From the NCBI GenBank assembly GCA_015064445.1, contig SVSE01000001.1, forward strand, positions 277,789-341,788: a stretch of DNA of 64,000 bases, given 5' to 3'. Under the pieces are notes generated by a model, which saw only the letters and a list, made by a program, of their open reading frames with translations, was not told the origin of the DNA and searched no databases. Both the position numbers and the translations under genes were made by a program. Numbering within the stretch: the stretch's first letter is position 1; each line of letters begins with the position of its first letter. The DNA comes from Oscillospiraceae bacterium. Its GTDB lineage: Bacteria; Bacillota; Clostridia; Oscillospirales; CAG-272. Shown here piece after piece: positions 8,354 to 17,434 of this stretch.

Positions 8354-9064
8354 TTGGCGACAAAATTAACCTTTAACCGTCTTGAAAAAAAGTTCATATT
8401 GACCGAAGCGCAATACCTTCGTATAAAGGAAGAAATAGACAAAAGGTTCGATCCCGATGAGTATGGAGAAACAACTATTTGCAATCTATACTATGACACC
8501 CCTGACTATTTGCTCATTACTCGATCCGTTGAGAAGCCTGTTTTCAAGGAGAAATTGAGATTAAGAACCTACGGAGTACCAACCGACTCCTCTACTGGCT
8601 TTATCGAGGTAAAGAGAAAATTTAACGGTGTTGTCTATAAAAGGCGTATGACGATGCCTCTTGCAAATGCGATCAAATTCTTAAATGATGAAATTGATAT
8701 TGAAAACCCTACTCAAATAACCAAGGAAATCAAGCATTTTTTGAAGTTTTATGGAAATTTAGCACCTATGTTTTATGTTTCCTATGACAGAAGCGCTTTT
8801 TTTGGCAAGGAAAATCGTGATTATAGAATCACATTTGACAGAAATTTGACTTGGCGTGGCTACGACCTTGACTTAACAAAAGGCGTCTACGGAGAAAAGC
8901 TTCTTGGCGAGGGAGAGGTTTTGATGGAAATAAAGGTTCCAACTGCTATTCCCCTTTGGCTAACTGACCTTTTATCTGAAATGAAGGTTTATACAAGATC
9001 TTTTTCAAAGGTCGGAAATGCTTTTATGAGATTGATTAAAAATGATAGGAGTTACATAAAATGA
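8354..9064 (+). CDS. VTC-domain (CYTH-like triphosphate tunnel, polyphosphate-polymerase-like) protein
   Basis: 236 aa with a TTG start after GAGGGGAGGG. The N-terminal FNRLEKKFIL (R.E.K) and EKLRLRTY, EVKRK, EIKV beta-strand charge pattern are typical of VTC/CYTH tunnels. Confidence 0.75.
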   Translation: MATKLTFNRLEKKFILTEAQYLRIKEEIDKRFDPDEYGETTICNLYYDTPDYLLITRSVEKPVFKEKLRLRTYGVPTDSSTGFIEVKRKFNGVVYKRRMTMPLANAIKFLNDEIDIENPTQITKEIKHFLKFYGNLAPMFYVSYDRSAFFGKENRDYRITFDRNLTWRGYDLDLTKGVYGEKLLGEGEVLMEIKVPTAIPLWLTDLLSEMKVYTRSFSKVGNAFMRLIKNDRSYIK

Positions 9065-9801
9065 CTAAACTATTACAAAGCATATTTTACATCTCCTCAT
9101 CGGAAAATCCGGTAGGAATAAATCCTGGATACGATGCGTATACAGGCTTTAAAAACGCAACTATTGAGGTAAGCGACTTTTGGATTTGCGTCGGAGTTGC
9201 AATTGCCCTTGGATTGCTTATTGCATTTTGTTATATGTTCAAAAGCGAATTTTCAAAGCATCTTGTAATCTCAATTGCTCTTCTTCCCGTTATCGTTGCA
9301 GTTCTTATCATGCTCGTTAATGGAAATATAGGAGCTGGTGTTGCTGTTGGTGGCGTATTTGCCCTTACAAGATTCCGTTCTGCGCAAGGTACTGCCAAGG
9401 AAATCACTCACATTTTCCTTTCAATGGCTGTTGGCTTAACACTTGGTCTTGGTTTTGTTGCGATCGCAATCATTTTAGTAATTTTGGTAGAAGCACTTAA
9501 TATAATCTTCGCTGTTACTAAATTTGGAACTATCACAGACAATAGAAGAACTCTTAAAATAACAATTCCAGAGGATCTCAACTACACATCACTTTTTGAT
9601 GATATTTTTGAAAAGTATACAACACACTTTTCTCTTGACAAGGTTAAGCTAAGAAATCTCGGAACTATGTTCCGTCTTTCCTACTCGATCACTCTTAAGG
9701 ATCCAAGTCTTGAAAAGGAATTTATTGACGAAATAAGAACAAGAAACGGAAATCTCGATGTTCTTTGCTCAAAGCTTCAAACAAATCCAGAGGAGCTCTA
9801 A
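9061..9801 (+). CDS. DUF4956-family membrane protein (usual partner of bacterial VTC proteins)
   Basis: 246 aa with ~4 TM helices and then a ~90-aa soluble C-terminal domain. The ATG overlaps the VTC stop as ATGA (9061-9064). Confidence 0.65.
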   Translation: MTKLLQSIFYISSSENPVGINPGYDAYTGFKNATIEVSDFWICVGVAIALGLLIAFCYMFKSEFSKHLVISIALLPVIVAVLIMLVNGNIGAGVAVGGVFALTRFRSAQGTAKEITHIFLSMAVGLTLGLGFVAIAIILVILVEALNIIFAVTKFGTITDNRRTLKITIPEDLNYTSLFDDIFEKYTTHFSLDKVKLRNLGTMFRLSYSITLKDPSLEKEFIDEIRTRNGNLDVLCSKLQTNPEEL

Positions 9802-9810
9802 TTAATGATA

Positions 9811-9845
9811 AAAGCACTGTAAAAACAGTGCTTTTTCTTTTTATT
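9811..9845 (+). terminator. Rho-independent terminator after DUF4956 gene
   Basis: Hairpin AAGCACTGtaaaaaCAGTGCTT followed by a T-run. Confidence 0.75.
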
Positions 9846-9852
9846 TCAAAAG

Positions 9853-9883
9853 GAAAAACGAGAAGGAAAAATCCTTCTCGTTT
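9853..9883 (-). terminator. Rho-independent terminator after the lipoprotein gene
   Basis: Minus-strand hairpin AACGAGAAGG..CCTTCTCGTT followed by TTTTT. Confidence 0.7.
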
Positions 9884-9893
9884 CGGTTTTTAA

Positions 9894-10262
9894 TTATTTC
9901 TTAACCTTTGTGTACTTAGTAATACCGATCTTAATGTACTCAGTATCGCCCTCTTTGCCTTCAGCAAAAGCGAACTCGCCTTTGAACTTATCAGCGTCTT
10001 CAGCATCGTCACCAAAAGTAAAGATGATTACTTCTTTATCATCATCATTAGTAGTGATTTCATACTCGCCTTCGATTGTCTTTTCGAAGCCAAAAACTGT
10101 ATACTTAATGGTAACCTTGCTACCCTTGAAAGTATAGGATGTTCCAGCAAGATCTCCACCAGCAGCATACTCTCCAGAAAGCTTCTTTCCGCAAGATGCA
10201 AGAGCACATACAGACATAACAAGAACGAGCATCAAAGCAACGATTCTAATTGTTTTCTTCAT
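9894..10262 (-). CDS. Small lipoprotein, function unknown
   Basis: 122 aa with a signal peptide and lipobox (LVMSVCALASC-GKK). The mature part is acidic and beta-rich. Confidence 0.7.
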   Translation of the reverse strand: MKKTIRIVALMLVLVMSVCALASCGKKLSGEYAAGGDLAGTSYTFKGSKVTIKYTVFGFEKTIEGEYEITTNDDDKEVIIFTFGDDAEDADKFKGEFAFAEGKEGDTEYIKIGITKYTKVKK

Positions 10263-10340
10263 TGTGTTTTTCCTCCTTAATTAAAGTAATTTAATTATAT
10301 CACTAAATATTTTCAAAGTCAATAATTTTCAAAAAATTTA

Positions 10341-12269
10341 TTACTTTAAAATTACAAGCTTATGTAAGCTAAATGGAGAAAGCTCAAATGAAACCTCATT
10401 TCCATTTTGAACAAACTCTATGCTTTCGCCGTCTGGTTGGCTTACAACCGAGGTTATTTTCTTGTCTACCTTTACCGTAATTTTCACATCATGAAGAACT
10501 GGGAAGTCCTCAAGCAAGCAAACATTTCCACGATTTACAGGTGGTGCATAAAGAATATGCAGTGCAAAGAAATCCTCTTTTTCGCTCTTTCTAAATCTTA
10601 CGCGTCCACATGATGGAAGGTTTTCGGTTTTAATTCCCTTTTCATAAATCGAATCAAAGGCTTTTTTGATATATCTTTCAAGAACATAGCTTCCAGATTT
10701 ATCGTAAGCCGAGAAAATTGGATGTGCAAAACAAAGCACATTTCCTTGCTTTATCAATGCGGGATAAGAAGCGCTTTCGCTCTTAAAAGGAGTGTTTTTG
10801 TGTCCACAGAAGTGTCCATAGGTGCGATTAAAATATGGCTCATGAACCTTTGCAAGAACCTCTCCCTCGCCCTCGAGGACATATGCGCTTGAATATGTAA
10901 GGAAAGGAGTTGTAATTTCATCAATTTCGCAAGAAATAAAGTCGTTGTCGGAGCCAGAATGTCCCTTTACCTTTATTCCAAGCTCTTCAAAAATACTTTC
11001 AGCGCTTGCTATGATCTTTCCACCATTATTTTTGAATTCAACAAGGCGCGCCTTGTCTGCATCAGTCAATTTTACTCTATCTGGCAAAACAATGCATTGA
11101 TATTTTGAGATGTCCTCTCCACTATCAACAACATCGAATTCAAGGTGCATAAGCTGAAGCATCTTAGAGCATCCCATATCTGCCTGATTATTATGACTAA
11201 TCCAAAGCGCGATATCGGTAAATGCCTTTGTGTTTTCAGAGAATTTTTCTATTTTAGATGCATAATCGAACGCATATCCTATTACAGAATATGTACTTTC
11301 GTCAAGCTTTCCGAGAGGATGAAGCTGATCGCCAACTGACATTGACGCGCCTATACTAACCATATCGGCACATTCGTATTTAAGGGCATCCTTGTTTTTA
11401 AATCCACCGAATTCTCCCCATGCGTGATGGAACTTTCCTGTCATTCCCCAGAAGATTTTTCCATATTTTTCGAAGAACTTTGCACGCAACGGCATAAGAT
11501 CATAGCCTCCCCATGCAGTTGGCAAATCCTCGAGCTCATAGTGAGTTTGATATGGAGCATATTCAGGGCGATTCATATCTGCGCCACCATTATAGAAAAC
11601 AGTTGCGTTTGGTGCGTATTCGTGCACAATTCCAGTCAAATCCTTCATAAGCTCGATACGCTTTTCTCTATAATATTTTCTTGCATCCTCATAGTTTTCA
11701 GGATTGAGTCCCTTTTCCTTCATTCCAGCTACACAGCTATCGCAAACGCAAGCATCTTTCATAAAGCAAATATCATAGAAAATACCATCTGAAATGTCAA
11801 ACTGCTCACAAACCTCTCTTGTTATATCCTCAAGATACTTTTTGTATCCCCCAACAGGACAAAGAGTTATCCAAGAGCAATCGGACAAAGGAGTGTCGGC
11901 AGGCTCATCAAACTTTCCGCCATTAAATCCCCAAGCAAGCTTCTTTTTTGTCCAAAAATCAACGTGATGCCACTCAGGATGCTCGTTTGCATCCTTTTCG
12001 CTCCATCCCATTGTGATATAAATAGGCGCTATCGCCCCTGCATCGTGCACAGCCTCTATTTGCTCCTTTAAAAGGTTGAATTTGAGGTGTGGATGCATTT
12101 TTCCAACCTTAGTTGGATAGTAGCAATATCCGTGATGGCATTTTGCAAAAACTGTTATTAAATCAACCTTGGCGTCCTTTAAGGTTTTAGTAAATTCCGC
12201 CTTGTTGAAATCAGCTCCTATATTTTCAATATAGGGACTTGTATGAAAATCAAGATGCACGCATTTCAT
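10341..12269 (-). CDS. Putative glycoside hydrolase (GHL6-like TIM barrel plus beta-galactosidase-trimerisation-like domain)
   Basis: The N-terminus MKCVHLDFHTSPYI..AKCHHGYCYYPT resembles hypothetical glycosyl hydrolase family 6. The start at 12269 forms an ATGA overlap with the upstream stop. The track ORF extends to 12296. Confidence 0.5.
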   Translation of the reverse strand: MKCVHLDFHTSPYIENIGADFNKAEFTKTLKDAKVDLITVFAKCHHGYCYYPTKVGKMHPHLKFNLLKEQIEAVHDAGAIAPIYITMGWSEKDANEHPEWHHVDFWTKKKLAWGFNGGKFDEPADTPLSDCSWITLCPVGGYKKYLEDITREVCEQFDISDGIFYDICFMKDACVCDSCVAGMKEKGLNPENYEDARKYYREKRIELMKDLTGIVHEYAPNATVFYNGGADMNRPEYAPYQTHYELEDLPTAWGGYDLMPLRAKFFEKYGKIFWGMTGKFHHAWGEFGGFKNKDALKYECADMVSIGASMSVGDQLHPLGKLDESTYSVIGYAFDYASKIEKFSENTKAFTDIALWISHNNQADMGCSKMLQLMHLEFDVVDSGEDISKYQCIVLPDRVKLTDADKARLVEFKNNGGKIIASAESIFEELGIKVKGHSGSDNDFISCEIDEITTPFLTYSSAYVLEGEGEVLAKVHEPYFNRTYGHFCGHKNTPFKSESASYPALIKQGNVLCFAHPIFSAYDKSGSYVLERYIKKAFDSIYEKGIKTENLPSCGRVRFRKSEKEDFFALHILYAPPVNRGNVCLLEDFPVLHDVKITVKVDKKITSVVSQPDGESIEFVQNGNEVSFELSPFSLHKLVILK

Positions 12270-12862
12270 TGTTCTTTTTCTCCTGTTTGATAACAAAAAA
12301 TTTTATATACTTTTTTTACATTTTCTATATTATACATTCCTGCCATTGTACGCATAGCAGAGCGTGAGGGGTGTCCGTCCACGAAGGTTGTAGCACCAGT
12401 CTTTTTGATAAAGAATGTAACTGCACCTACACCATTCTCATCACAGCCAAAGCTAATATTGTGAATGTCCGAATATTTAAAGGTATTAAGTGTTTTCTTC
12501 TTTCCATTATTGAAAATTAATATTCTCTTGTTAGTCAGTGCATATTCAATATATTTTCGCTTATTCATAATTCTGAAAGGCGACAAAAATACAAGATATA
12601 AGCCCACAAATGAAAACGGTATTCCAAAATATGGAAATATTTTCATCATAAGTATGTCCTGCTCATCAAACTTTTTAACTGTTGCAAAAGCAAGCCCCAT
12701 CCAAAAAATCGAAAACACTATCCAAAAAACACCAAAAACTATATTGAATTTTTCGCCCGGCAAAAGCTTTATCGGCTTTACTGGCTTACCTGTCCACAAG
12801 AGCCTTTCATCCTGCAAGACATAATCCCTGACGGATTCGTTGCTTTGAAAATTCTGCTCCAT
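12266..12862 (-). CDS. Membrane protein with bacterial PH-like (YdbT/DUF304-type) domain
   Basis: 198 aa. It has an ERLLWTGKP entry motif, two TM hairpin helices, then a ~90-aa beta-rich domain (YALTNKRILIF...). Confidence 0.5.
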   Translation of the reverse strand: MEQNFQSNESVRDYVLQDERLLWTGKPVKPIKLLPGEKFNIVFGVFWIVFSIFWMGLAFATVKKFDEQDILMMKIFPYFGIPFSFVGLYLVFLSPFRIMNKRKYIEYALTNKRILIFNNGKKKTLNTFKYSDIHNISFGCDENGVGAVTFFIKKTGATTFVDGHPSRSAMRTMAGMYNIENVKKVYKIFCYQTGEKEQ

Positions 12863-12933
12863 AACCCCTCCTAAAAGTACGCTACCTATATTCTACCATA
12901 TCTATATATTAAAAGCAAGGAAAAAATTTGCTA

Positions 12934-12962
12934 TTGACCTATTAGTTTTTTAATGATAAAAT
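12934..12962 (+). promoter_or_regulatory. Sigma-A type promoter for the SDR gene
   Basis: TTGACC, a 17-nt spacer, then TAAAAT. Confidence 0.55.
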
Positions 12963-12992
12963 ATAAGCAAGTGATAGTAAAGGAGGGGTTTT

Positions 12993-13718
12993 ATGAACAT
13001 TGCACTTATAAGTGGCGCCTCACGCGGTATAGGCTTGGAATTTGCGAAAATTCTCGATTCATATAATCTCGATGAGCTTTGGCTTGTTTGTGGTCAAAAT
13101 ACGCCTTCATTTGAGTTTAAGACACCTATTCGTGTGTTCCACACCGATTTGAGTGAAAAATCTCCATTTAAAAAGCTAAAAAAGGCTCTTTCTGATAAAA
13201 ATCCCACGATAAAGCATCTTGTTTGCTCTGCAGGAGTTGGATTTAACGGTGCCTTCGAAAATCTTTCTGAGGAAAATATAGAAAATACTATAATTATAAA
13301 TTGCTCTGCGCTATCATTACTTACAAGAATTGCAATTCCATATATGAGCGCTGGCTCGAAAATAATCGAAATTGCATCCGGAGCAGGATTTTCTCCACAG
13401 CCTGATTTTGCGATATATTCTGCGTCTAAATCATATGTTATAAGCTTTTCAAGGGCAATTGGTCACGAGCTTTCAAAGAAAAGCATTTCTGTCACCGCTG
13501 TTTGTCCAGGACCTGTTGACACAGATTTCTTCTCTAATCTTGAAAATGTAAAGGAATATAAGAAAAAGCATCTAATTTCAGCCAAGGCTGTTGCAACAGG
13601 CGCATTAAAGGCTTCTGAAAAAGGCAAAAGAATATATACACCTACATTTTCTATTAAATTAGTACATTTGGCATCTAAGGTTTTGCCTACAAGTCTCATT
13701 TTGAAGTTTTACAAATAA
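12993..13718 (+). CDS. SDR-family short-chain dehydrogenase/reductase
   Basis: GASRGIG cofactor motif, a catalytic YSASK, and PGPVDT. AGGAGGGG RBS. Confidence 0.85.
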   Translation: MNIALISGASRGIGLEFAKILDSYNLDELWLVCGQNTPSFEFKTPIRVFHTDLSEKSPFKKLKKALSDKNPTIKHLVCSAGVGFNGAFENLSEENIENTIIINCSALSLLTRIAIPYMSAGSKIIEIASGAGFSPQPDFAIYSASKSYVISFSRAIGHELSKKSISVTAVCPGPVDTDFFSNLENVKEYKKKHLISAKAVATGALKASEKGKRIYTPTFSIKLVHLASKVLPTSLILKFYK

Positions 13719-13745
13719 AAAAGCACTCTTCAGAGTGCTTTTTCT
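13717..13745. terminator. Bidirectional rho-independent terminator
   Basis: AAAAGCACTCTTCAGAGTGCTTTT between convergent genes. Confidence 0.75.
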
Positions 13746-14176
13746 TATAGATACTGGCGAATTTGATCATTTAGCTTCTGCTCTATTCCTATTAAACGAT
13801 TAGCAACCGATTTCGCCTCATTTGTTGCTCTTTTGTACTCGTTTAAATATCTTGAAAGAGATTTTACGCCCATATTACAGCCGTCAGTCATAAGAGATGC
13901 GACTGTTCTATCATTTTCGCTGAACATTAGCTTTCCTCTTATTTTCATATCGCTCATTGCTCTTGCAACCGGATGGGGCTCCTTGGTTTCGGCCTTATAT
14001 TTAAGCAAAAGCTTATGTGCCTCATCTCCTAAAACTGCATGCTCATCCTTGGACGCATTAAGGGTAGATTTTAACTCTTGATTTTTTACATATGGCATAA
14101 CTCGGCTAATCGAAGAAACGCCCATTTTTATGCCTGAATTACATTCTCTTAGTAACATTACTGTATCACTGTTCAT
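13745..14176 (-). CDS. Hypothetical helical protein with internal duplication
   Basis: 143 aa. Two related segments (LLRECNSGIKMGVSSISRVM and LMTDGCNMGVKSLSRYL) suggest a duplicated two-helix unit forming a four-helix bundle. GAGGTGA RBS. Confidence 0.5.
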   Translation of the reverse strand: MNSDTVMLLRECNSGIKMGVSSISRVMPYVKNQELKSTLNASKDEHAVLGDEAHKLLLKYKAETKEPHPVARAMSDMKIRGKLMFSENDRTVASLMTDGCNMGVKSLSRYLNEYKRATNEAKSVANRLIGIEQKLNDQIRQYL

Positions 14177-14259
14177 TTTTTATCACCTCGCACTGTAATT
14201 ATGAGACATTTTTAGAAAAATATTCAAAAAAAATATATTTTTATGTTATGTGCGTTTTA

Positions 14260-14288
14260 TTGACTTTTAATGTTATCTATGGTAAAAT
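14260..14288 (+). promoter_or_regulatory. Sigma-A type promoter for the GH3 gene
   Basis: TTGACT, a 17-nt spacer, then TAAAAT. Confidence 0.55.
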
Positions 14289-14302
14289 AAATAAAAAAAC
14301 TT

Positions 14303-16465
14303 ATGGAGAAAAATATGGACATTCAAGCGCTTTTGAATAAAATGACCGTCAAGGAAAAAATTTATCAGCTTTTGATGATGAATACCTTGGCTTATGCAGG
14401 CAAAAAGGAAGAAAATCTTACTGGCCCTGCCGCAAAATTAATTTTTGACAAAAATTATCTTTTTGAATCAGGCTCTGCCCTCAACTCTGTTGGCGCAAGA
14501 CGCATGATTGATATTCAAAAAAACTATTTGGAAAATAGCAAAAATAAAATTCCTTTGATTTTTACACAGGATGTTATTCACGGCTATCGTACTCTCTATC
14601 CTGTAAATTTAGCTATTGCTTCTTCGTTTGATACAAAGCTTGCACACGATTGTGCGCAAATGGCTGCAAAGGAAGCAAGCATTGATGGTGTTCAAGTTAC
14701 ATTTGCACCTATGGTTGACCTTGTTCGCGATCCAAGATGGGGACGCGTTATGGAGTCGAGTGGCGAGGATCCATATTTGAACTGTAAAATGGCTAAGGCT
14801 ACTGTTGAAGGATACCAAGGAGATATGGGCAAGTACAACATTGCCGCTTGCGTAAAGCATTTTGCCGCTTATGGAGCTGCCGAGGGTGGTAGAGATTACA
14901 ACTGTGTTGATATGGGAGAGCCTACTCTTCGAAATTATTATTTGCCAGCTTACAAGGCGGCAATAGATGCAGGCGTTATGACTCTTATGACATCCTTTAA
15001 CTCTTTAAATGGTGTTCCATCTGCTGGTAACAAATGGCTCGTTAAAGACATTTTAAGAGATGAATGGGGCTTTGACGGAGTTGTTATAAGCGACTATGCT
15101 TCATTTAGAGAAATGATTGTTCACGGATATGCCGAGGACGGAAAGGACGCTGCTTATAAGGCGATGGAAGCAACTGGCGACATTGAAATGTCATCTACCA
15201 ACTATCCATTGTACCTTGAGGAGCTTATTTCCGAGGGCAAAATCTCAATGGAACAGCTTGACAAGGCGGTTTTGCGTGTTCTTAAATTAAAGGACGACCT
15301 CGGATTGTTTGATAATCCTTATCGTTCAACTGATGTAGAAGAGGCTGAAAAGATTATTCTTTGCAAGGAACACAGAGATCTTGCAAGATATGCAGCCGAG
15401 GAAAGCGCTGTTCTTTTGAAAAACAATGGCATTTTACCTCTTAAAGAGGATGTATCATCAGTTGCTGTTATCGGTCCTCTTGCTAATACAGGAGAAATTT
15501 TTGGAAACTGGCATTGTGGTGCCAAGGCTGAGGAAACCATTACTGTTCTTGACGGAATTAAATCTATCATTGGCGATAGGGCTAAGTATGCTAAGGGCTG
15601 TGATATCGAAATCACCTCAACTGATGAGTCGCAAATTGCAAAAGCTGTTAAGCTTGCAAAGAAATGCGAAAAGGTTGTTCTCTGCTTAGGCGAGCATCAA
15701 TTTGACAGTGGAGAAAGTCAATGCAAGGCGATACTCGAATTGCCAGAGGTTCAATACAAGCTTTTGAACGAGGTTTTGAAGGTAAACAAGAATGTTGTTG
15801 TTCTTCTCTTTACCGGTAGACCTTTAGCTATTGAAAGGCTTGATGCAATTGCCCCTGCAATATTAAATATGTGGATGCCAGGAACCGAGGGTGGTAATGC
15901 TGCAGCAAATCTATTGTTCGCAAGAAGTGTTCCAAGCGGAAAGATTACAATGTCATTCCCACGAGTAAGTGGTCAATGCCCTATCTACTATAACTCCTAT
16001 AACACAGGCAGACCAAAGCTTCAAAAGGACTTAGTAAGAGAAAAATACACCTCATCTTATCTCGATGTGCTTAATTCTCCTCTCTATCCATTTGGATACG
16101 GTATGAGCTACTCTACATTCGAATATTCAGACAAAGCTATTGACAAAACCACAATGACAAGAGGCGAGAAAATCATCGCTTCCGTTAAGGTTAAAAACAC
16201 TGGCAACTACAAATGTAAGGAAATCGTTCAGCTTTATATAAGAGATTTGGTAGGATCGATAGTAAGACCTGTCAAGGAGCTTAAGGGCTTTGAAAAGATC
16301 GAGCTTGATATAGGCGAGGAAAAGACCGTTACATTTGAAATTGACGAGGAATCCTTGGCGTTTTATGGTGCAGACCTCACAAAAAAGGCTGAAAGTGGTA
16401 AATTCCAAGTATTTATCGGCGCAAGCAGTGATTGCGAGCCTTTTGCTGAATTTGAGCTTAAATAA
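14303..16465 (+). CDS. Glycoside hydrolase family 3 beta-glucosidase (BglX-like), cytoplasmic
   Basis: 720 aa. GH3 motifs are DPRWGRVMESSGEDPYL, KHFAAYG and the nucleophile region GFDGVVISDY, plus a C-terminal FnIII-like domain. There is no signal peptide. The true start may be the ATG at 14315, which has a GGAGA RBS and fits the predicted TSS. Confidence 0.9.
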   Translation: MEKNMDIQALLNKMTVKEKIYQLLMMNTLAYAGKKEENLTGPAAKLIFDKNYLFESGSALNSVGARRMIDIQKNYLENSKNKIPLIFTQDVIHGYRTLYPVNLAIASSFDTKLAHDCAQMAAKEASIDGVQVTFAPMVDLVRDPRWGRVMESSGEDPYLNCKMAKATVEGYQGDMGKYNIAACVKHFAAYGAAEGGRDYNCVDMGEPTLRNYYLPAYKAAIDAGVMTLMTSFNSLNGVPSAGNKWLVKDILRDEWGFDGVVISDYASFREMIVHGYAEDGKDAAYKAMEATGDIEMSSTNYPLYLEELISEGKISMEQLDKAVLRVLKLKDDLGLFDNPYRSTDVEEAEKIILCKEHRDLARYAAEESAVLLKNNGILPLKEDVSSVAVIGPLANTGEIFGNWHCGAKAEETITVLDGIKSIIGDRAKYAKGCDIEITSTDESQIAKAVKLAKKCEKVVLCLGEHQFDSGESQCKAILELPEVQYKLLNEVLKVNKNVVVLLFTGRPLAIERLDAIAPAILNMWMPGTEGGNAAANLLFARSVPSGKITMSFPRVSGQCPIYYNSYNTGRPKLQKDLVREKYTSSYLDVLNSPLYPFGYGMSYSTFEYSDKAIDKTTMTRGEKIIASVKVKNTGNYKCKEIVQLYIRDLVGSIVRPVKELKGFEKIELDIGEEKTVTFEIDEESLAFYGADLTKKAESGKFQVFIGASSDCEPFAEFELK

Positions 16466-16467
16466 TA

Positions 16468-16496
16468 AAAAAGCAAGCACGAAATGTGCTTGCTTT
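16468..16496. terminator. Bidirectional rho-independent terminator
   Basis: AAAAGCAAGCACgaaatGTGCTTGCTTTT between convergent genes. Confidence 0.8.
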
Positions 16497-16501
16497 TCTT
16501 T

Positions 16502-17416
16502 TTAATAAAGTGTTTTTCCGTATGTACCGTTAGCCTGAAGCTTCAAGAATTCCTCTTTAACTGCGTACTTATCCTCGCCATATGTAACGCCGAACCACTT
16601 ATCGTTAGTGTGAAGAACCTTTACAGATGCCTTTCCGCTCTCTACAAGCTCGCCGATAACGGATGGGAGAAGATATTCGCCTTTAAGCTGGTTGAGATTT
16701 GGATTTGAAAGGAATTCAACAAATCCGCCCTCGAGAACATCGATAAAGTCAGGTGTCAAGCCCCACATATTCATTGATACATAAGCCTCTGGATCAAGTG
16801 GAGATACCACTCCATCCTTTTCAACGCCTGCTCCTGTTGCGGTCTTTACAATATCAGTTGTTTCAACAACCTTTGTAAGATAATTCTTATCATCAACCTC
16901 GCAAACTCCACGAGTTACACCGCCATTGTCGCTAAGTGTATTCTTAAGAATAAAGCCTGCCATACAGAAGTTATACTGCTTGATTTGCTCCTGCTCATTT
17001 ACAAGAAAATCGTGAACTGTTGAGAATGCTTCCTTGCCATAGTAGTCATCAGCATTTATTACCATAAATGGCTCATTTACAACGCCCTTACAAGCAAGAA
17101 TTGCTTGACCTGTTCCCCAAGGCTTCTTTCTTTCAGGTGGATTTGTAAATCCTGCAGGAAGATCCTCAATGTTTTGATATGCGTATGCAACCTCGCAAAT
17201 GCCTGAAATTTTATCGCCCACAACCTCTTTAAAGTAGTCCTCCATTTCCTTTCTGATAATGAAAACCACCTTATTGAAGCCTGCCTCAAGAGCATCGTGA
17301 ATGGAATATTCCATTATAACCTCTCCGTTAGGTCCAAGAGGCTCAAGCTGCTTAATACCACCACCAAAACGGGATCCGATACCAGCAGCCATTATTACAA
17401 GTGCTGTCTTTTTCAT
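16502..17416 (-). CDS. Sugar-phosphate nucleotidyltransferase (NTP_transferase family)
   Basis: 304 aa. The N-terminal LVIMAAGIGSRFGGGIKQL is the G-x-G-x-R pyrophosphorylase loop. GGAGA RBS. Confidence 0.65.
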   Translation of the reverse strand: MKKTALVIMAAGIGSRFGGGIKQLEPLGPNGEVIMEYSIHDALEAGFNKVVFIIRKEMEDYFKEVVGDKISGICEVAYAYQNIEDLPAGFTNPPERKKPWGTGQAILACKGVVNEPFMVINADDYYGKEAFSTVHDFLVNEQEQIKQYNFCMAGFILKNTLSDNGGVTRGVCEVDDKNYLTKVVETTDIVKTATGAGVEKDGVVSPLDPEAYVSMNMWGLTPDFIDVLEGGFVEFLSNPNLNQLKGEYLLPSVIGELVESGKASVKVLHTNDKWFGVTYGEDKYAVKEEFLKLQANGTYGKTLY

Positions 17417-17434
17417 CTAAATTATCTCCTAAAA

